Source: an uncultured Clostridium sp. (GTDB taxonomy: Bacteria; Bacillota; Clostridia; TANB77; CAG-508). Taken from it: a stretch of DNA of 64,000 bases. The position numbers and the translations under genes were made by a program. Under the pieces are notes generated by a model, which saw only the letters and a program-made list of their open reading frames with translations, was not told the DNA's origin and made no database searches. The number at the start of each line of letters is the position of its first letter. Positions within the stretch are counted from its first letter, which is position 1. The stretch spans positions 82,002 to 146,001 of the forward strand of contig URZW01000002.1 in assembly GCA_900552555.1 (NCBI GenBank), in the 5' to 3' direction. Positions 17,338-26,679 of the stretch are shown here, in pieces.

Positions 17338-19713
17338 TTAATTCTTAACATTAAAAGTAAGCTTATCATTTTTAAAATCAACATCAATAGTTTGCCCATC
17401 AACAACTTCAGAACGAAGAATCATATCAGAAATTTCATCTTCAACATATCTTTGAATAGCCCTTCTCAAAGGCCTAGCACCAAACTTAATATTAGTACCT
17501 TTATCCAAAATAAATTTTTTAGCAGAATCAGAAATTTCAAAAGAAATATCCTTATGTTTCAATGCTTTAACTGTATCAGCAAGCATCAAATCAACAATTT
17601 GTAATAACTCTTCTTTATTCAAAGAATTAAATACAATAATCTCATCAACTCTATTTAAAAATTCAGGTCTGAAAGTTTCTTTTAAACTATCCTCAATCTT
17701 AGATTTATCAACAGTTTGTTTTCCAAAACCAATAGAATTGTTATTTAAATTTGACCCAGCATTTGATGTCATAATTATAATTGTATTTGCAAAACTAACA
17801 GTATTACCTTGTGAATCTGTAAGTTTTCCATCATCTAATACTTGTAATAAAATATTGAATACATCTGGATGAGCCTTTTCAATTTCATCCAAAAGGATAA
17901 TTGAGTAAGGTTTTCTCTTAACTTTTTCAGTTAATTGACCGGCTTCATCGTAACCAACATATCCTGGAGGTGCACCTATCAATTTAGCTGTAGAGTGACT
18001 TTCCATATATTCAGACATATCAACTCTTATTATTGAATCTTCTGAACCAAACATTTCATATGCAAGTGATTTTGCAAGTTCTGTTTTACCAACACCTGTA
18101 GGTCCAACAAATATAAATGATGGTGGCCTTTTTTCATTTTGAAGTCCAGCTCTATTTCTTCTAATTGCTCTAGAAACAGCACTTACAGCTTCTTCTTGAC
18201 CAATAATTCTTTTATGAAGATTTGTCTCTAAATTTAACAATTTTTGAGTTTCTGCTTCAGTAATTTTCTTAACAGGAATTTTTGTCCAGTTTTCGATAAC
18301 TGTAGCAATGTCTTGAAGTGTAAGATTTCTAGGCTTCATTTTTTTCTTTAATTTATCAATATCTTCTATTAATTTGCATTCTTGAGTTTTCAAATCTGCA
18401 AGTTTTTGGAATTCTTCGTTAGTTTCTGCTTGGTCAAGTCCCGCTTTTTCTGCTTGAACCTTTTCTAACTCTTTACTTAAAACCTCTAATTTAAATAAAT
18501 CTTTATTTTCCAAGTTGATTCTAGAACAAGCCTCATCTAAAATATCGATAGCTTTATCTGGTAAAAATCTGTCATGAATATATTTTTCAGACATTTCAAC
18601 AGTTTGACGAATAACATCTGTTGATATTTTTACTTTATGATATTCTTCATAATATTTTTTTATACCTTCCAAAATCTTAATTGAATCATCAACATTAGGT
18701 TCTTCAACTAAAACTTGTTGAAATCTTCTTTCTAAAGCAGAATCTTTTTCAATATATTTTCTGTATTCTTTTAAAGTAGTTGTTCCGATTAATTGAATTT
18801 CACCATTAGATAGGGAAGGCTTTAAAATATTTGCAGCATTCATAGAATGTTCACCATCACCTGCACCTATTATATTGTGAATTTCGTCAATAACTAAAAT
18901 GATATTTCCATATTCTTTACACTCATCAATAATACCTTTCATTCTAGACTCAAATTGACCTCTAAATTGAGTTCCAGCAATGACGGCAGTCATATCTAAA
19001 AGATAAACTTCTTTATTTAAAAGTTTTGCAGGAACATTTTGATTAGCAATTTTTATTGCCAAACCTTGAGCTATTGCAGTTTTACCTACACCAGGCTCAC
19101 CTATTAAGCAAGGGTTATTTTTAGAACGTCTATTTAAAATTTGTATAACTCTTTGTATTTCTTTATCTCTACCAATAACAATATCTAATTCATTATTTTT
19201 AGCTTTATTTGTAAGGTTAGTTCCATATGTGTCTAGGTATTTTTTCTTTTTATTTGTTTTTACATTTTTCTTTTTATCTTTTTTTATTTGCTTCTGATCA
19301 TTTTCTTGTTTTTCTGAATTTTCGTCATTTCCATTTTTTTGAGCAAACATGTTTGAAAATATTGAACCTAAAGGAATTGCAGCACCTGCAATTTTTGGTT
19401 TTTCTTCATCCATATCGTCATCATCTTCACCATCTAGGTCACCAAATGTGATAGCTCCATCAATGTTTTCTAGATTTTTTATATCTAAATTTTCAGCAAA
19501 ATCTTTGAATATACTTTCTAATTGTTTATTCATATCTGCAAAATTGATTTTATCTTTTGATAACAAATCTTGTTGTTTTGCTAATACTTCTGTTGCATCT
19601 ATTCCTTTTTTCTTAGCACAGTCATAGCATAAGCCTTCCATTGTGCTTTTTCCATTATCTATTTTTTCATAAAAAAGTATTGCTGGATTTTTCCTACACT
19701 CTGAACATATCAT
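17338..19713 (-). CDS. clpE: ATP-dependent Clp protease ATP-binding subunit ClpE (N-terminal zinc finger, two AAA+ modules)
   Basis: N-terminal CxxC...CxxC (MICSECRK...CYDCAKKKG). Two Walker A sites (GEPGVGKT, GPTGVGKT). Confidence 0.9.
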   Translation of the reverse strand: MICSECRKNPAILFYEKIDNGKSTMEGLCYDCAKKKGIDATEVLAKQQDLLSKDKINFADMNKQLESIFKDFAENLDIKNLENIDGAITFGDLDGEDDDDMDEEKPKIAGAAIPLGSIFSNMFAQKNGNDENSEKQENDQKQIKKDKKKNVKTNKKKKYLDTYGTNLTNKAKNNELDIVIGRDKEIQRVIQILNRRSKNNPCLIGEPGVGKTAIAQGLAIKIANQNVPAKLLNKEVYLLDMTAVIAGTQFRGQFESRMKGIIDECKEYGNIILVIDEIHNIIGAGDGEHSMNAANILKPSLSNGEIQLIGTTTLKEYRKYIEKDSALERRFQQVLVEEPNVDDSIKILEGIKKYYEEYHKVKISTDVIRQTVEMSEKYIHDRFLPDKAIDILDEACSRINLENKDLFKLEVLSKELEKVQAEKAGLDQAETNEEFQKLADLKTQECKLIEDIDKLKKKMKPRNLTLQDIATVIENWTKIPVKKITEAETQKLLNLETNLHKRIIGQEEAVSAVSRAIRRNRAGLQNEKRPPSFIFVGPTGVGKTELAKSLAYEMFGSEDSIIRVDMSEYMESHSTAKLIGAPPGYVGYDEAGQLTEKVKRKPYSIILLDEIEKAHPDVFNILLQVLDDGKLTDSQGNTVSFANTIIIMTSNAGSNLNNNSIGFGKQTVDKSKIEDSLKETFRPEFLNRVDEIIVFNSLNKEELLQIVDLMLADTVKALKHKDISFEISDSAKKFILDKGTNIKFGARPLRRAIQRYVEDEISDMILRSEVVDGQTIDVDFKNDKLTFNVKN

Positions 19714-19931
19714 AACTTTCTAATTCCTCATTTCTTTATTTTTTCAATATTATATATAATAACTCAAATTTAGAAAATAGTCAATATTTTTGTAATATAA
19801 CTAATGCTACATAGTTACTGAATTGTAGCTCCTTATGAATAAAATTTTTCATATTTTTTTAAAATTATATCAAATTTTGTTTTATTATGCTATAATGAGT
19901 ACAAAGATATTACTAAAGAGGAGGTGAAAAG

Positions 19932-20915
19932 ATGAAATTAAAACAAATCTTATTGATAATATTGTGTTTATTATTATTAACAAATACAAGTAATGCAGCA
20001 TTTATACCTGTTAACAAGGAAAATTTAAATAATGCATTACAGAATTTTATTAATTCAGATATAAACCAAAACAATTTAAATGTTAGTTCAGCTAAAGTTG
20101 TATCTGATGATAAAATTTCTTTTAATTTATCAAAAAATGTAAATATAGATGCAACATATAATTTAGATTCAAAGCCTAATATTACAATATCTGTTCCTGT
20201 AAAAAATGGTATGTCATATGATGAATGTCAAGTTCAAACAACACTAGTTTATTTGATACCAGTTACTTTTTATTCGGCAATTGCTAATATTCAGGGAATT
20301 AATTTTAATGATTCATTTGCTTATTATTGTAATATTACTGTATTTTCAGCTTTGGAAAAGTTAAACTCTTCAAAAGGAAAAAAATATACAATTTATGATG
20401 ACAGAGGTTTAGCTGATGGAGTAGTTGTAGATAAAAGTGATTCTGACAGCACTATATATACATCAGAATTTGAAAACAGAGTAATGGATTACATAAATGA
20501 TAACTTTGAAGAAAAAAATACTTTATCTGATTATTCAAATGGATTAAATACTTTCGAATTAACTGTTGAAAAAAAGGATGTTACTGATAATTCGTGTAAT
20601 TTAGTAGCAAATTTAGTTGTAAATCCTAATGCAGATTTTTCTCAATTAAATAATTATGAAAGTGATATAAAGGATTCATTTACTGATGATACAAATAATT
20701 CTTATGAAGATGAAGCTTACCAAGATAATCAGAATACTTTAGAAAATAACGATAATACAGAGGTTATTAATAATGAGGATACAACAAAATCTAAAGGACA
20801 ATTACCTAAGGCAGGAGTACTTTCCAGTGTATTAATTTTACTTATTTTAATATGTATGATTTTTATAATTTTAATATTAAGAAAGCTATTAACCAAATAT
20901 AAAGAAGTAAAATAA
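19932..20915 (+). CDS. Cell-wall-anchored surface protein candidate: signal peptide plus C-terminal LPKAG sorting-signal-like motif, hydrophobic stretch and basic tail
   Basis: C-terminus LPKAGVLSSVLILLILICMIFIILILRKLL. N-terminal signal peptide. Confidence 0.55.
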   Translation: MKLKQILLIILCLLLLTNTSNAAFIPVNKENLNNALQNFINSDINQNNLNVSSAKVVSDDKISFNLSKNVNIDATYNLDSKPNITISVPVKNGMSYDECQVQTTLVYLIPVTFYSAIANIQGINFNDSFAYYCNITVFSALEKLNSSKGKKYTIYDDRGLADGVVVDKSDSDSTIYTSEFENRVMDYINDNFEEKNTLSDYSNGLNTFELTVEKKDVTDNSCNLVANLVVNPNADFSQLNNYESDIKDSFTDDTNNSYEDEAYQDNQNTLENNDNTEVINNEDTTKSKGQLPKAGVLSSVLILLILICMIFIILILRKLLTKYKEVK

Positions 20916-21089
20916 GTTGATTATAAATATTTAATATAGAATTAGAACATTGTATAAATAATGTCGAAAATTATCAAAAACTGCGATGAAATGCCTAGAA
21001 AATAAAGAAAAAACTATTGAAATGTTATGTTAAATATGCTATAATAAAAATGGCAACAAAATAACATTATTAAGTAGGAGGTAATACAA

Positions 21090-21308
21090 ATGCCACAGAA
21101 TTTAAGCTTTAAGAAAATCGAAAACACCACATACATCCTTAATGGAAAAGAATTGTTAGGAACACTAACAATTGAAGATCCAGACAAAAAGGAAGGAAAA
21201 GTTAATTTTAGCAAAAGCTTTGATGGCAACCAGAAAGTAGCTGAAAAACGATTGCTTGAATTATACTTTGCTAATAATGTGGAATGTCCGATGATGACTA
21301 CGGCATAA
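21090..21308 (+). CDS. Small protein (72 aa), member 1 of a tandem duplicated cassette
   Basis: Perfect RBS AGGAGGTAA. Own sigma-A-like promoter (TTGAAA-17-TATAAT). Paralogous to the 21519-21716 ORF. Confidence 0.5.
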   Translation: MPQNLSFKKIENTTYILNGKELLGTLTIEDPDKKEGKVNFSKSFDGNQKVAEKRLLELYFANNVECPMMTTA

Positions 21309-21316
21309 GTTTACCG

Positions 21317-21350
21317 CTGGGCTCTCTGTTATGGAGAGTCCTCTTTTTTT
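21317..21350 (+). terminator. Rho-independent terminator (GGCTCTC...GAGAGTC + CTCTTTTTTT)
   Basis: Stem with one G-U pair plus T7 run. Confidence 0.55.
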
Positions 21351-21518
21351 GAAAAAATGACATTAATGTTTTATAATTTTAAATATTTAAAATTATGTCG
21401 AATTGTATCAAAAAATGCGATGAAAAGATTGAAAATACAGTAAAATTCTATTGCAAAATTATGTAAAATATGTTAATATAAAATAGTTACTCGAAAACAA
21501 GTCATGTAAGGAGGTAAA

Positions 21519-21716
21519 ATGATAACATTTCGGTGGGCAAGAGGAGGAACATTTATAGTTTTAAAAGACAAAGAAGAAATCGGAACATTGAATCCAGTAA
21601 CTAAAAAGAAAAGCAGTGTTTCTTTCAATTCTGATTTTAAAGATGACCGAGAAGAAGAAAAAAAGAAAATTATAGATGTTTTTTTCGAAGACATGCCAGT
21701 GGCAACAGTTAGCTAA
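21519..21716 (+). CDS. Small protein (65 aa), member 2 of the duplicated cassette
   Basis: RBS AAGGAGGTAAA. Promoter TTGCAA-17-TAATAT. Shares the GTL...VSF/VNFS pattern with member 1. Confidence 0.5.
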   Translation: MITFRWARGGTFIVLKDKEEIGTLNPVTKKKSSVSFNSDFKDDREEEKKKIIDVFFEDMPVATVS

Positions 21717-21725
21717 TTTTTACCA

Positions 21726-21756
21726 AAGGTCTTCCTCTCTTGGAAGACCTTTTATG
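21726..21756 (+). terminator. Rho-independent terminator (AGGTCTTCC...GGAAGACCT + TTT)
   Basis: Perfect 9-bp stem. Confidence 0.65.
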
Positions 21757-21932
21757 TTATATCTAAAACTTTATTTATGTAGAAATATAACAATCTTATG
21801 ATACATAAAATTATTTTAATAAAAAATAATTGACCACAACTTATAAAAAATGTTATACTAAAAAAGAAGAAAAAAAGTTACAGTTCAAGTATTATCACGA
21901 CTGAACTACAAACAAAAAGATAGGAGAAAAAC

Positions 21933-22781
21933 ATGAATTTAGAATTACCAGAGAAAGAAAAAATACCAAAGCAAAGAATAATAATATATATAACAGTAGC
22001 AATAATATGTATAATAGCAATAACAGTAGTAATAGGAGTACAAATCTTAGGAAATGATGTAGTAGACAATATGTTTGGAATAAACAAAATAACAAAAAGA
22101 AGTGAAGAAGAAGAAACAGCACTAAAAACAAACTTTGAGAATATATTTGACAATCAAGTAGAAGACAAAGGAGAATATAAAATACAAAAACAAAATCCAA
22201 ATGAAAAAATAGTTTACACAGAATACAGTAAAGAAGATAAAACAGAAAAACACGAAATAAATGTAAATTTACCATGTATCAATATAAAAAATGAAGATGT
22301 AGAAAATTTTAATAAAGACATAGAAAACACATTTGGAGGAAAATCAGAAGAAATATTAAAAAGCACAAATCAAAACATAATATATACAGTAAAATATAAA
22401 GCATATGTAGACAACAACATATTATCAATAATAATATATTCAGACTTAAAACAAAATACAAGTGCACAAAGAGCAATAGTTCAAACATTCAATTTTGATT
22501 TAAATGAAAACAAAAAATTATCTTTAGAAGATGTTTTAAACAGTTTTGGATTAAAGAAAAATGAAGTACAAAATAAAATAGATTCAGACATACAAAAAGA
22601 ACAAAAAAAATCAGAGGATTTAATCAAGTTAGGATATAATGTATTTTCAAGAGATACAAAAAGTGATATTTATAAGATAGAAAATATAACAGAATACTTT
22701 GTATATAATAATAATATATATATTATATTTGCATATGGAAATGATAGAATGACAAGTGAAAAAGATATAGTAATAATATAA
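21933..22781 (+). CDS. Hypothetical membrane-anchored protein (single N-terminal TM; possible DUF4163/DUF3298-like extracytoplasmic domain)
   Basis: TM IIIYITVAIICIIAITVVIGV. Weak resemblance (QTFNFDLNENKKLSLEDVL) to RsiV-type domains. Confidence 0.45.
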   Translation: MNLELPEKEKIPKQRIIIYITVAIICIIAITVVIGVQILGNDVVDNMFGINKITKRSEEEETALKTNFENIFDNQVEDKGEYKIQKQNPNEKIVYTEYSKEDKTEKHEINVNLPCINIKNEDVENFNKDIENTFGGKSEEILKSTNQNIIYTVKYKAYVDNNILSIIIYSDLKQNTSAQRAIVQTFNFDLNENKKLSLEDVLNSFGLKKNEVQNKIDSDIQKEQKKSEDLIKLGYNVFSRDTKSDIYKIENITEYFVYNNNIYIIFAYGNDRMTSEKDIVII

Positions 22782-22787
22782 AAAAAG

Positions 22788-22815
22788 CTAGGAACCGTAA
22801 GGAACCTAGCCTTTG
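22788..22815. terminator. Hairpin (GCTAGG...CCTAGC) flanked by A-run and T-run; candidate bidirectional terminator
   Basis: 6-bp GC-rich stem with a 12-nt loop containing a direct AGGAACC repeat. A7 upstream and T-rich downstream on the minus strand. Confidence 0.4.
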
Positions 22816-22979
22816 AAAATAAAAGGGGATGTTTTTTTATTAAAGTCAGATAACTTCCTGACTATGTTGATATTATAATAATGAATTTTGTCCATTGTGT
22901 GAATTAAAAGTGAAGAGTTTATTAAATTTTTATTTAATAAACTCTTCGTTTTCCAAATAAATATATATAATATCAAAAG

Positions 22980-24233
22980 TTAAGGTTGTTCACCTAAAGT
23001 TATAGTAAGTTCTTTATCAGAACCATCCCTATTAACCTTTAATTTAATAGAATCACCAATTTGATGAGAATTTTTAATTTCATTTAATTCATCCATTGTT
23101 TTAATAGATTTTCCATCAGCCTCAGTAATTACATCACCTGCTTTTAAACCACCTTTTTCTGCAGCAGAGAAATCTTCAACAGATTTTACATATACACCAA
23201 CAGATAAATTATATTTTTTAGCAGTAGTTTCATCTAAATCAATACCAGAAATACCAATATAAGGTCTTTTTACTTTACTATATTGAATTAATTGAGAAGT
23301 TATATCAGTTGTAGAATTTATAGGAATTGCAAAACCAATACCCTCAATTCCAGTACCTGATAATTTCAAAGTATTAATACCAATAACCTTGCCTTGAGCA
23401 TTAACCAAAGCACCACCGCTATTACCTGAATTTATAGCCGCATCAGTTTGTATACAAGTATATGTTTTACCATCAGAATCTGTAATTTTTCTATTAACAG
23501 CACTTACAATACCAGTTGTAACAGTACTTGTCATATTTACAGGGTTACCAACAGCCATTGCGAATTCACCAACTTTAACATCATCAGAATCAGCAAATTC
23601 AGCTTTTGTCAAACCTGTTTTTTCAATTTTTATAACAGCTAAATCAGTTTGTTCATCTTGACCAACAATTTTAGCTTCATATTCAGTTTCATCATTAAAC
23701 AAAGTTACAGAAACCTTAGTTGCCTCTGATATTTGATAATAAGAATTTGATTCAGAAGAACTTGAAGAAACAACATGATTGTTAGTTAAAATATATCCAT
23801 CATCACTAATTATAATTCCAGAACCAGAAGCTGTTGCAGTTGATGTTCCAGATCTACCAAAAAATGAAGTAGAATTTACAGTATATTCAATTTTTATTCC
23901 AACTATTGATGGCAATATTTTATTTGCTGCATATACAGAAGTATCTGAATAGTTCTCTAAAGAAGTTTGTTTTACATATCCATCAGATTGTGTTGAAGTG
24001 TTATTTGAAGTACTTATAGAAGAACCTCCTGAATTACCTACAATTTTTGTTCTTATTGAAGGAACACCAAAACAAGTTCCTATTACAACTGAACAACCAA
24101 CAACACCACTAACAAAAGGTAGCATTACACTTTTTCCAAAGCCAGATTTGTTCTTTTTAGACTTATTATAAGATGTTGAACCTGTTACTGGTATGGCTTT
24201 AAATTTTTGATTATTTTGTTCATTTTCATTCAT
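22980..24233 (-). CDS. htrA: Serine protease HtrA/DegP (trypsin-like domain plus PDZ), membrane-anchored
   Basis: TNNHVV, GNSGGALVN and a C-terminal PDZ domain. RBS GGAGGT. Confidence 0.9.
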   Translation of the reverse strand: MNENEQNNQKFKAIPVTGSTSYNKSKKNKSGFGKSVMLPFVSGVVGCSVVIGTCFGVPSIRTKIVGNSGGSSISTSNNTSTQSDGYVKQTSLENYSDTSVYAANKILPSIVGIKIEYTVNSTSFFGRSGTSTATASGSGIIISDDGYILTNNHVVSSSSSESNSYYQISEATKVSVTLFNDETEYEAKIVGQDEQTDLAVIKIEKTGLTKAEFADSDDVKVGEFAMAVGNPVNMTSTVTTGIVSAVNRKITDSDGKTYTCIQTDAAINSGNSGGALVNAQGKVIGINTLKLSGTGIEGIGFAIPINSTTDITSQLIQYSKVKRPYIGISGIDLDETTAKKYNLSVGVYVKSVEDFSAAEKGGLKAGDVITEADGKSIKTMDELNEIKNSHQIGDSIKLKVNRDGSDKELTITLGEQP

Positions 24234-24393
24234 TTTTAATTACCTCCTAAATGAAATAAATATTATATTTATATAATAACCTAATTCTTTACAAGAATAC
24301 AATAGTATTGTGAACTTTTTGTGAAAAAAATGTAGTTATTCAATGCTTTTTGTGATATAATAAATATATATTTGTCTGAAAGGAGACTCCTGC

Positions 24394-24948
24394 ATGAATG
24401 AAAAAATATTAGAGGATATCCAATTAGATATCCGGAAAAACTTTAACAAACACAATAATTTATTTTGGAAAAAAATAGATATTACACACTATAATTGCTA
24501 TATGTATGTGATTTCTAATACCATACCAACTGAAATATTAGACTATTTATCAGACGATCAACCGTTTTTGCGAAGTGTTATTAGTTACAATATGAAATTT
24601 TTCTTTGGTGATATAGGACAAATTTCAGGAAAAGTCAATTTTCATAACACAGAACAATTAAAAGAAGCATTAAAAGCTGACTTGAATGTCTTAGGTTTTG
24701 ATGTAAAAGAGTGCACCTTATCAGAAAAGTTAGATAAGAGATATAAAAGAATAGCATTTTTTTATGACCTAGAGAGATTAGAAAAATATGGACCTCATCA
24801 AAACTTCCATTTTTTAAGGCAACAGGAAAACTTTTGGTTTCACAAAAGAGGCTGGGACGGTCCAATAGAAAAAATAAAAGAGCCTATTGAAGATTTTAAA
24901 GCAGATGGACTTCATTTGGTAGGATATTTCAAAATTCGGTTAAAGTGA
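24394..24948 (+). CDS. Hypothetical protein (184 aa)
   Basis: RBS AAGGAG. No recognisable domain. Confidence 0.45.
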   Translation: MNEKILEDIQLDIRKNFNKHNNLFWKKIDITHYNCYMYVISNTIPTEILDYLSDDQPFLRSVISYNMKFFFGDIGQISGKVNFHNTEQLKEALKADLNVLGFDVKECTLSEKLDKRYKRIAFFYDLERLEKYGPHQNFHFLRQQENFWFHKRGWDGPIEKIKEPIEDFKADGLHLVGYFKIRLK

Positions 24949-25017
24949 AGTAAAAGGACTTGGAAATTTTATAAAATTTCTAAGTCTTTTTATTATGATT
25001 CAATAATAATAATGCTG

Positions 25018-25197
25018 GAATACCTGTGAATTACATTTTGAATATATTTCGAATGCGACCAAAATAGTGTTACAAATTCTTAGGTAACTGCTCTAAAGGA
25101 TCCTGCCTTCGGGTATTGTTAGAGTATTTACATTAGAATTTGTTAACGTTATGTAGGGAGCCTGAGAAAAATATGAAAAATGTAATTCACAGGTGTT
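25018..25197. mobile_element. Second copy of the MITE-like hairpin element (inverted relative to 15684-15890)
   Basis: About 90% identical to the reverse complement of copy 1. TIR ATACCTGTGAATTACATTTT/AAAATGTAATTCACAGGTGT. Confidence 0.75.
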
Positions 25198-25377
25198 TCC
25201 ATTATTATCATTATCTAATTAGGACATCTTTTTTATATTTAAAAAATCTCTTGATTTGAAATAAGAAATTATAGTATAATAAAAAGAAAGAAAATAATGT
25301 AAAAATAAAAAGTACTCATAAAAGAATAATAAGGCATCAAACCAAGTTTGCACATTAGGAAAGGAATGAAATTATAT

Positions 25378-25923
25378 ATGAAAAATAAAGGAATAACAAT
25401 GATTTCTTTAGTATTAACAGTAATAATACTATTAATACTAGCCGGAATATCAATAGGAGCAGGAAGTAATATAATAACAAAATCAAAACTAGAAAACATA
25501 AAAACAGATATGATGTTAATAAAAGTAAAAGGAAAAGAATATGTTGAAAATGCAAACTATAGTCTAGGAACAGGTTTTGATAAAATAACAGACGAAAATG
25601 AAAAAAATACAAGAATAGAAAATGCAAAATCAAAATTAAAAGGAACAGAAATTGAAGAAAATAATGGATTAGATTCGATAATTGGCATAAATTCAGATGA
25701 ATTTCAAGAAGAAAAACAAAATTTAACTTATTACTATAAACTATCAACAAAAGACCTAGAAGACATAGGAATTTCTAATGTTAAATCAGATGAAAAAAAT
25801 GGAGAATATATAATAAAATATGATATAAAAAATGTTGAAATAGAAATATATAATACACAAGGATTCAAAAATGAAAACAAAAATTACTATTCTTTAAATG
25901 AATTAGAAAATTTAGAAGTGTAG
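25378..25923 (+). CDS. Small pilin-like protein with a non-canonical prepilin-type N-terminus (MKNKG|ITMISLVLTVIILLILAGISI)
   Basis: N-terminal segment homologous to those of the 30676 and 38026 adhesin-like proteins. ATG at 25378, about 12 nt after AGGAAAGGA. Confidence 0.5.
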   Translation: MKNKGITMISLVLTVIILLILAGISIGAGSNIITKSKLENIKTDMMLIKVKGKEYVENANYSLGTGFDKITDENEKNTRIENAKSKLKGTEIEENNGLDSIIGINSDEFQEEKQNLTYYYKLSTKDLEDIGISNVKSDEKNGEYIIKYDIKNVEIEIYNTQGFKNENKNYYSLNELENLEV

Positions 25924-26012
25924 AAATATATATCAAAAAATACAGTTCAGTGAAAAAAGTATATATGTATATTACTGAACTGTAGAAAAATATAGAAATG
26001 AAGGAATAACAA

Positions 26013-26639
26013 ATGAGAGAAAAAGAAGAAGAAAGATTAATAAATTTAAAAGAAATAGAAAAAGAATTACACAAAAAAGGCTTTAAAAACATATGTGGAA
26101 TAGATGAAGCAGGAAGAGGACCATTAGCTGGTCCCGTTGTAGTTGCTGGGGTAATAATGCCGGAAGATTCTATGATAGAAGGAGTAAATGATTCAAAAAA
26201 AGTTTATGAAAAGAAAAGAGAATTGTTATATGATAAAATAATTGATGAAGCAATAAGCTATTCAGTAGCAATTATTGGACAAGATGTAATTGATGATATA
26301 AATATTTTGAATGCAACAAAAAGTGGAGTTACAGGTGTTGTAAAAGGACTAGATGTAAGACCTGATTTAATTATAATAGATGCACTTCAACATATAGATA
26401 CAGACGGTGTACCATATGATTCTATAATAAAAGGTGATGCAAAGTGTTACTCAATTGCTGCTGCATCTATTATTGCAAAAGTTACAAGGGATAGAATTAT
26501 GAGAGAGTGGGATAGTGTTTATCCTCAATATGGATTTGCAAAACATAAAGGCTATGGAACAGCTCAACATATTGCGGCAATTAAAGAATATGGATTGTGC
26601 CCAATTCATAGGAGAAGTTTTACTGGACATTTTATTTAA
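26013..26639 (+). CDS. rnhB: Ribonuclease HII
   Basis: ICGIDEAGRGPLAGPVVVAG...DSKK. Confidence 0.9.
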   Translation: MREKEEERLINLKEIEKELHKKGFKNICGIDEAGRGPLAGPVVVAGVIMPEDSMIEGVNDSKKVYEKKRELLYDKIIDEAISYSVAIIGQDVIDDINILNATKSGVTGVVKGLDVRPDLIIIDALQHIDTDGVPYDSIIKGDAKCYSIAAASIIAKVTRDRIMREWDSVYPQYGFAKHKGYGTAQHIAAIKEYGLCPIHRRSFTGHFI

Positions 26640-26679
26640 AATATATTTAATGCATTATTAAAATAGAAAGGTAAGATTT

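Noticed and set aside
19227-19627. Plus-strand ORFs inside clpE (19227-19451, 19349-19627)
   Set aside because: Antisense to the clpE linker region. Low-complexity Ser/Phe-rich translation.
19714-19931. Looked for a CtsR operator (tandem GGTCAAA heptads) upstream of clpE
   Set aside because: No GGTCAAA or TTTGACC repeats found in the clpE 5' region. CtsR control cannot be supported from sequence.
25355-25750. 131-aa minus-strand ORF overlapping the small pilin-like gene
   Set aside because: Antisense Leu/Phe-rich frame. The sense gene has an RBS and a conserved N-terminus.
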